Positions 29,368 to 33,416 of a stretch of 33,416 nt of DNA are shown piece after piece. Every line of letters starts with the position of its first letter. Within the stretch, counting starts at the first letter, position 1. This DNA comes from Candidatus Stercoripulliclostridium sp. Its GTDB lineage: Bacteria > Bacillota > Clostridia > Christensenellales > DTU072. Made by a program: the position numbers and the translations under genes. The stretch lies in NCBI GenBank assembly GCA_045594145.1, contig JAZNYA010000174.1, positions 1 to 33,416 on the forward strand. The letters run 5' to 3'. Below the pieces are notes generated by a model that made no database searches, was not told the DNA's origin, and worked only from the letters and a program-made list of their open reading frames with translations.

Positions 29368-30063
29368 TTATAAACTTCTTTCGCTAAGGAAGGCAAAAAT
29401 GCCTTTTATCATCTTTTTGCAAAGTTCGTCTCGGTAGGTTGCGTCGAGTAATAATTTTTCATCTTCCGCATTAGACAAAAAGCCACACTCCACTATGCAA
29501 GAAGGATAATTTGAACAAGCCAAAATATAATAATCTCCCTTTAACGCTTGGTATTCCTTGTTAACATTCTTTTCGTTAAGTTCGTTCAAGCTTGCTTGCA
29601 CGGCCTTGGCAAGAGATTGCCCTTCTTGACTTTGTGCGTTAAAAAATACCTGTGCCCCACGCCTGGAAGAATCCGGGAATTTGTTTTGATGAATACTTAT
29701 AACGACATCCGGCTTTGCTCCGTTTATTATACTCTTTCTCTTTTCGAAGTCGTCTTTCTTAGTACCGCTTTCTCCATTTAAAACACTCTTTCCTTCCCTT
29801 GTTAAAACGACGTTTACTCCACGCTCTTCTAACTTAGATTTTAGATTAAAGGCAACCAAAAGATTAATTTCGGATTCCGAAATACCGCTTTCTTTCCCTA
29901 TAACTCCATTATCACTTCCACCGTGACCTGCGTCTATAACAATGGTGTATTCTTTCCTTGGAGTATAGCAATATAAGGTTCCTATTGCAGTTAAAATTAG
30001 CAAAATTACTAAAATTACCAAAGCTATGAATATTAATCTACGTTTATCAACAACCCAAAACAT
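29368..30063 (-). CDS. N-acetylmuramoyl-L-alanine amidase (Amidase_3), CwlD-like
   Basis: N-terminal TM; IVIDAGHGG, ESEINL, ISIHQN, GAQVFF, IVECGFLSN. Start ATG 30063 with GGAG SD (TTG 30075 is an alternative). Confidence 0.85.
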   Translation of the reverse strand: MFWVVDKRRLIFIALVILVILLILTAIGTLYCYTPRKEYTIVIDAGHGGSDNGVIGKESGISESEINLLVAFNLKSKLEERGVNVVLTREGKSVLNGESGTKKDDFEKRKSIINGAKPDVVISIHQNKFPDSSRRGAQVFFNAQSQEGQSLAKAVQASLNELNEKNVNKEYQALKGDYYILACSNYPSCIVECGFLSNAEDEKLLLDATYRDELCKKMIKGIFAFLSERSL

Positions 30064-30136
30064 AACGTTCTCCAAATTTTAGCATTTTTGTGCATTATGG
30101 TCTCCCTTTACGCCATTTTTCGACTTCTTTTGCAAT

Positions 30137-30201
30137 TTATACACCATACTTATCCACAAGATTATAGCTTTATCCACATAGTTATCCACAATCTATCAAC
30201 G
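30137..30201 (+). promoter_or_regulatory. DnaA-box cluster
   Basis: Perfect TTATCCACA at 30150-30158, 30170-30178, 30182-30190; near matches TTATACACC (30137-30145) and CTATCAACG (30193-30201). Confidence 0.85.
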
Positions 30202-30268
30202 TGTTCTATTTTATTATATTTTAGGTTGCATTGCGGTTTTTGTAGCGTTTTGAGTTTTTTAGGCGTAC

Positions 30269-30290
30269 AAAAAAAAGGAGCACTTGCTCC
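30269..30290 (-). terminator. Intrinsic terminator after radC
   Basis: GGAGC-ACTT-GCTCC hairpin followed by T8 on the minus strand. Confidence 0.7.
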
Positions 30291-30310
30291 CTTTAAAAAT
30301 TCTTTACTTT

Positions 30311-30979
30311 CTATTTTTTGCTATTTCTTATTACGTTAATAAAAGTTGAACCGCTAACTATAACGTGCTCTAGTAGCTCTACGCCTATTGTTTCCAAATG
30401 ATATCCTAAGTTTTTCGTCACGCTTTTATCATTACTGGAAATAACAAGTGAACCATTGGGGTGATTGTGCGTCAGTACAACGTATTTTGCGTGGTATAAA
30501 ATAGCTCCTTTAGATACTGCAAAGAAATCTACGTTACAATCACTATTAGTCCCATCAGCAATAACCTTTTGCTCTATTATCCTTTGGTTCGCATCAAGAT
30601 ATATGGCTATAACTCGCTCGTTAACACAGTTTTCAAGTAGTTTAACGCAATATTTTCCTAGTTGAGTGGGATCTTTTACTTCTTTAATTCTGTTCTTGGT
30701 AGATACTAATTCCGCTTTCGATATAAGTCGCTTATATTGCGGGAAAGTTAAAGCTGCCATTTTAGGCATGCCCGGAATACTCAAAAGTTCTTCTTCGCTA
30801 GCATCAAAAAGCCTATCTAAACCACCAAATTCTGCAAGAAGTGTCTTCGCTAAAGGAGAAGTATCCTTCCTAGGAATAAACGGATAAAGCAAAAATTCTA
30901 CGACTTCATGTGGTGGCAATCCTTCTATACCACGTGAGCGTATTTTATTTCTCATTCTTTCCCTTCTTCCTTCTGCCAT
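30311..30979 (-). CDS. radC: RadC / JAB-domain protein
   Basis: N-terminal RERMR..HEVVEFLL..IPRKDT..LAKTLLAEFGGL; JAB motif LTHNHPNG...SSND. Confidence 0.85.
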   Translation of the reverse strand: MAEGRRERMRNKIRSRGIEGLPPHEVVEFLLYPFIPRKDTSPLAKTLLAEFGGLDRLFDASEEELLSIPGMPKMAALTFPQYKRLISKAELVSTKNRIKEVKDPTQLGKYCVKLLENCVNERVIAIYLDANQRIIEQKVIADGTNSDCNVDFFAVSKGAILYHAKYVVLTHNHPNGSLVISSNDKSVTKNLGYHLETIGVELLEHVIVSGSTFINVIRNSKK

Positions 30980-31083
30980 GTTACACCTTTTAAATTTTAT
31001 ATATAAAAGATAACATATTTTCGGAAAATAGTGTATAATATTATAAGAAAATTTTCTTAAATTTAAAAAAAGGAAGTATTTAT

Positions 31084-32397
31084 ATGAAAGTTTCGTTTGA
31101 CGATGCCATCAAAAGTCTACAAGACTTAATTAAAATCAACTCCATCCAAGCTCCCGCAAAAGATGGTATGCCCTTTGGAGAAGGTAATAAGAAAGCATTA
31201 GATTACTCTCTTAACCTACTAAAAGAGTTCGGATTTGAAACCGTAAACGGCGACTACTACTATGGATACGGAGATATTGGAGATTGCGATTTATCGCTAT
31301 TTGGGATACTAGCACACTTAGATGTGGTACCCGTTTCTAACACTTGGGAGCACAATCCCTTTGGTGCAGAAATAGAAAACGGATACCTTTACGGTAGGGG
31401 CACTCTTGACGACAAAGGTCCTTTTATTGCTGCCCTTTATGCATGTGCTCAGCTACTAGAAGAAGGTCTACAACCCACAAAACGTATTCGCTTTATACTT
31501 GGTTGCAACGAAGAAAGTGGTTGGAAATGCATGGATGAATATGCTAAAAGAGAAATTATGCCACAAGAAGGATTTAGTCCCGACGCAGACTTCCCTGTCA
31601 TAAACTGCGAAAAAGGGGTAGTATATCACTCAGTTAAGTTACCCAAACCCGCATTTTTAATAAATTTAACAAGTGGCGAAAGAGCTAACGTCGTACCGGA
31701 CAAAGCAACAGCTTCCACTTTTATTTTAGATGGACTAAAAGAAAGAGCTATTTCTTTAGGTGCTGAAGTAATGGAAGAAAACGAACTTCTCCATATTACA
31801 ACAGCAGGCGTTAGTGCTCACGGCTCCACACCACAAAAAGGCGATAACGCACTAACAAAACTATTTAATATTCTTCGTCCTTACGATGACACTTTAGAAG
31901 CTATTTATAATGCTTTTTATTCTAACGACGGCATAGGTCTCAATCTAAATCTAACCGATGAGCGTAGTGGCTCTTTAACAATGAATTTGGGAGTCGCAAA
32001 AACCGATGAAAAATCCATAGAAGTAACCGTAGATATAAGATATCCCCTTTCTATTGAAATGGATGAAATTACGGAAATATTTAAATCATACTTTAATAAG
32101 TATAACGGCTCCGTAGAACGTGGTGCATACCATCTCCCACTTTACGTAGCAAAAGACGACCCGCTAATTACAGCTCTCCTTGGTGCATATAACGACGTAA
32201 CAGGAACGGTAGGTGAAGCAATCACTATAGGTGGCGGAACCTATGCAAGAGTTCTTCCAAAGGGAGTTGCCTTCGGTCCAGTTTTCCCTGGTGGAGAATC
32301 AAGAGTTCACGGAGATGATGAACGAATTTCACTAAAAGACTTCGCAAAAACAATAGAAATTTACAAAGAAGCAATTAAGAGACTCTGCTTTAATTAA
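31084..32397 (+). CDS. M20 family dipeptidase (PepV/Sapep-like)
   Basis: LAHLDVVP, GRGTLDDKGP, GCNEESG, PDADFPVINCEKG, SAHGS, GGGTYAR, HGDDE. Confidence 0.9.
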   Translation: MKVSFDDAIKSLQDLIKINSIQAPAKDGMPFGEGNKKALDYSLNLLKEFGFETVNGDYYYGYGDIGDCDLSLFGILAHLDVVPVSNTWEHNPFGAEIENGYLYGRGTLDDKGPFIAALYACAQLLEEGLQPTKRIRFILGCNEESGWKCMDEYAKREIMPQEGFSPDADFPVINCEKGVVYHSVKLPKPAFLINLTSGERANVVPDKATASTFILDGLKERAISLGAEVMEENELLHITTAGVSAHGSTPQKGDNALTKLFNILRPYDDTLEAIYNAFYSNDGIGLNLNLTDERSGSLTMNLGVAKTDEKSIEVTVDIRYPLSIEMDEITEIFKSYFNKYNGSVERGAYHLPLYVAKDDPLITALLGAYNDVTGTVGEAITIGGGTYARVLPKGVAFGPVFPGGESRVHGDDERISLKDFAKTIEIYKEAIKRLCFN

Positions 32398-32424
32398 AAT
32401 ATGGCGATTATTTAATAAAATTTG

Positions 32425-32440
32425 TGCTCCACGTGGAACA
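32425..32440. promoter_or_regulatory. parS site
   Basis: TGCTCCACGTGGAACA, close to the consensus TGTTNCACGTGAAACA. Confidence 0.75.
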
Positions 32441-32709
32441 CTTTCAACATTAAATGTTCTACTCCTTGAATTTTAGTACCTTTTTAGGTGCTATTTTTTT
32501 GGCATTTTCTCGACTTTTTGGGCAAAATCTAGCCATTTTTCAACCATTTTTAGTACTCAACGGAATCCCTTCCGAAAATCTTTTACCATTGTTCAACACA
32601 AAAATCCGTGAAACATTTATCCCCCTAACCCACTAAGGCCAATTTAAGCAAAGGTATCACAATCTAAACCACTATATCATCACATGGAGCAACCACTAAG
32701 ATTAATCAA

Positions 32710-32725
32710 TGTTCCACGTTAAACA
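32710..32725. promoter_or_regulatory. parS site
   Basis: TGTTCCACGTTAAACA, one mismatch to consensus. Confidence 0.75.
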
Positions 32726-32934
32726 TTTTATTCCCTTCCGGCACTTTTCCGCAACCGGACCAATATACATTTCCCGCCCATTTTCCAGCCATCAAAAGTT
32801 CTCTGTATATCCGTTCATCATAAATCATCCTGTTGAGTTCTAGAAAAACCTATATTTTTGACGTTATTTTTCCTTGAGCAAATTCAAGATTTTAAGACAA
32901 GTTTTGTGTGATGATTTTTAAATAATATATCAAT

Positions 32935-32950
32935 TGTTTCACATGAAACA
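32935..32950. promoter_or_regulatory. parS site
   Basis: TGTTTCACATGAAACA, one mismatch to consensus. Confidence 0.85.
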
Positions 32951-33041
32951 TAGCAGAACCTATAACGTTTAGAATTATATGTACTTATTAGCATTAACAT
33001 AGAGTTTGTGTACAATACAATATTTTAAAGAGTTGGTGTAC

Positions 33042-33057
33042 TGTTTCACATGAAACA
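33042..33057. promoter_or_regulatory. parS site
   Basis: TGTTTCACATGAAACA, identical to the 32935 copy. Confidence 0.85.
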
Positions 33058-33120
33058 TTTCACGTATATTCAAGCATTTTGTGTATGAAAAGCTTTATTA
33101 TTAAACGTGATTAATTAAAA

Positions 33121-33370
33121 TTTAACATTTAACGTTAAAAAATTGTAAAATAGGGTGATTTATATATTAAATCGTATATTTTTGTTTATTTATTAACACA
33201 TTTAATTTAAAAATAGTTAAAATCGCTCGTTTTATAATAAACTATTTAATTTAGTACAATTATTTATTAAAATACTTGTATTTGTTTAATTTATAACAAT
33301 TGAGCAGTTGTTTTCGCATCAATAATAGACATTTTATCTAAAAGTGCTTATTGTTTAACATTTAACGTTA
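33121..33370. repeat. 17-bp direct repeat TTTAACATTTAACGTTA flanking a very AT-rich tract
   Basis: Copies at 33121-33137 and 33354-33370. Confidence 0.7.
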
Positions 33371-33416
33371 CATTTTTTAAAAAAATTGAGTGTATTTTTA
33401 TTTTTAACACCGGTAA

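Noticed and set aside
30088-30339. 83-aa + strand ORF
   Set aside because: Reads through the DnaA boxes (YPQ, IHI, IHN) and a terminator; no SD or protein motif.
30311-30979. radC as a marker of a mobile element or defence system
   Set aside because: Full-length chromosomal-type RadC with N-terminal helical region; no mobile or ubiquitin-like partner genes nearby.
32454-32636. 60-aa ORF or structured ncRNA in the terminal non-coding region
   Set aside because: Low-complexity Phe/Leu-rich translation, no SD, and no convincing stems or known RNA motif.
32935-33057. CRISPR-like repeat pair
   Set aside because: Repeats are 16-bp parS palindromes with irregular spacing, and there are no cas genes.

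Overview
Low-GC Firmicute chromosome segment, probably from a spore-forming clostridial lineage (inferred from cwlD- and yabP-like genes), lying next to the replication origin. From left to right: tRNA-Glu (partial) and tRNA-Val; a tightly coupled minus-strand L-arabinose/arabinoside operon (aldo-keto reductase, araD, GH127, araA, GH51, GH27, esterase, alkaline-phosphatase-superfamily protein) with no ribulokinase, transporter or regulator; a flavin-reductase-like/PCP_red-like protein; a CMP kinase with an extra degenerate ParB/Srx-like domain; gyrB-gyrA; an apparently leaderless HxxxDG acyltransferase divergent from yabP/yabQ-like genes; dut, gltX, parB (no parA/noc), rsmG, an inserted lgt, mnmG, mnmE, jag, yidC, yidD, rnpA and rpmH (missed by the ORF track). 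Where dnaA normally faces rpmH there are instead a cwlD-like amidase, an orphan DnaA-box cluster, radC and an M20 dipeptidase. The last ~1 kb is non-coding, holds four parS-like sites and appears to contain a GC-skew switch. The most notable points are the rearranged origin architecture, the CMP kinase-ParB/Srx-like fusion, and structured DNA (alternating purine-pyrimidine tract, 30-bp perfect palindrome) bracketing the gyrase operon. No mobile element, CRISPR array or defence system was recognised. All family calls come from motif recognition by eye; no database searches were run.
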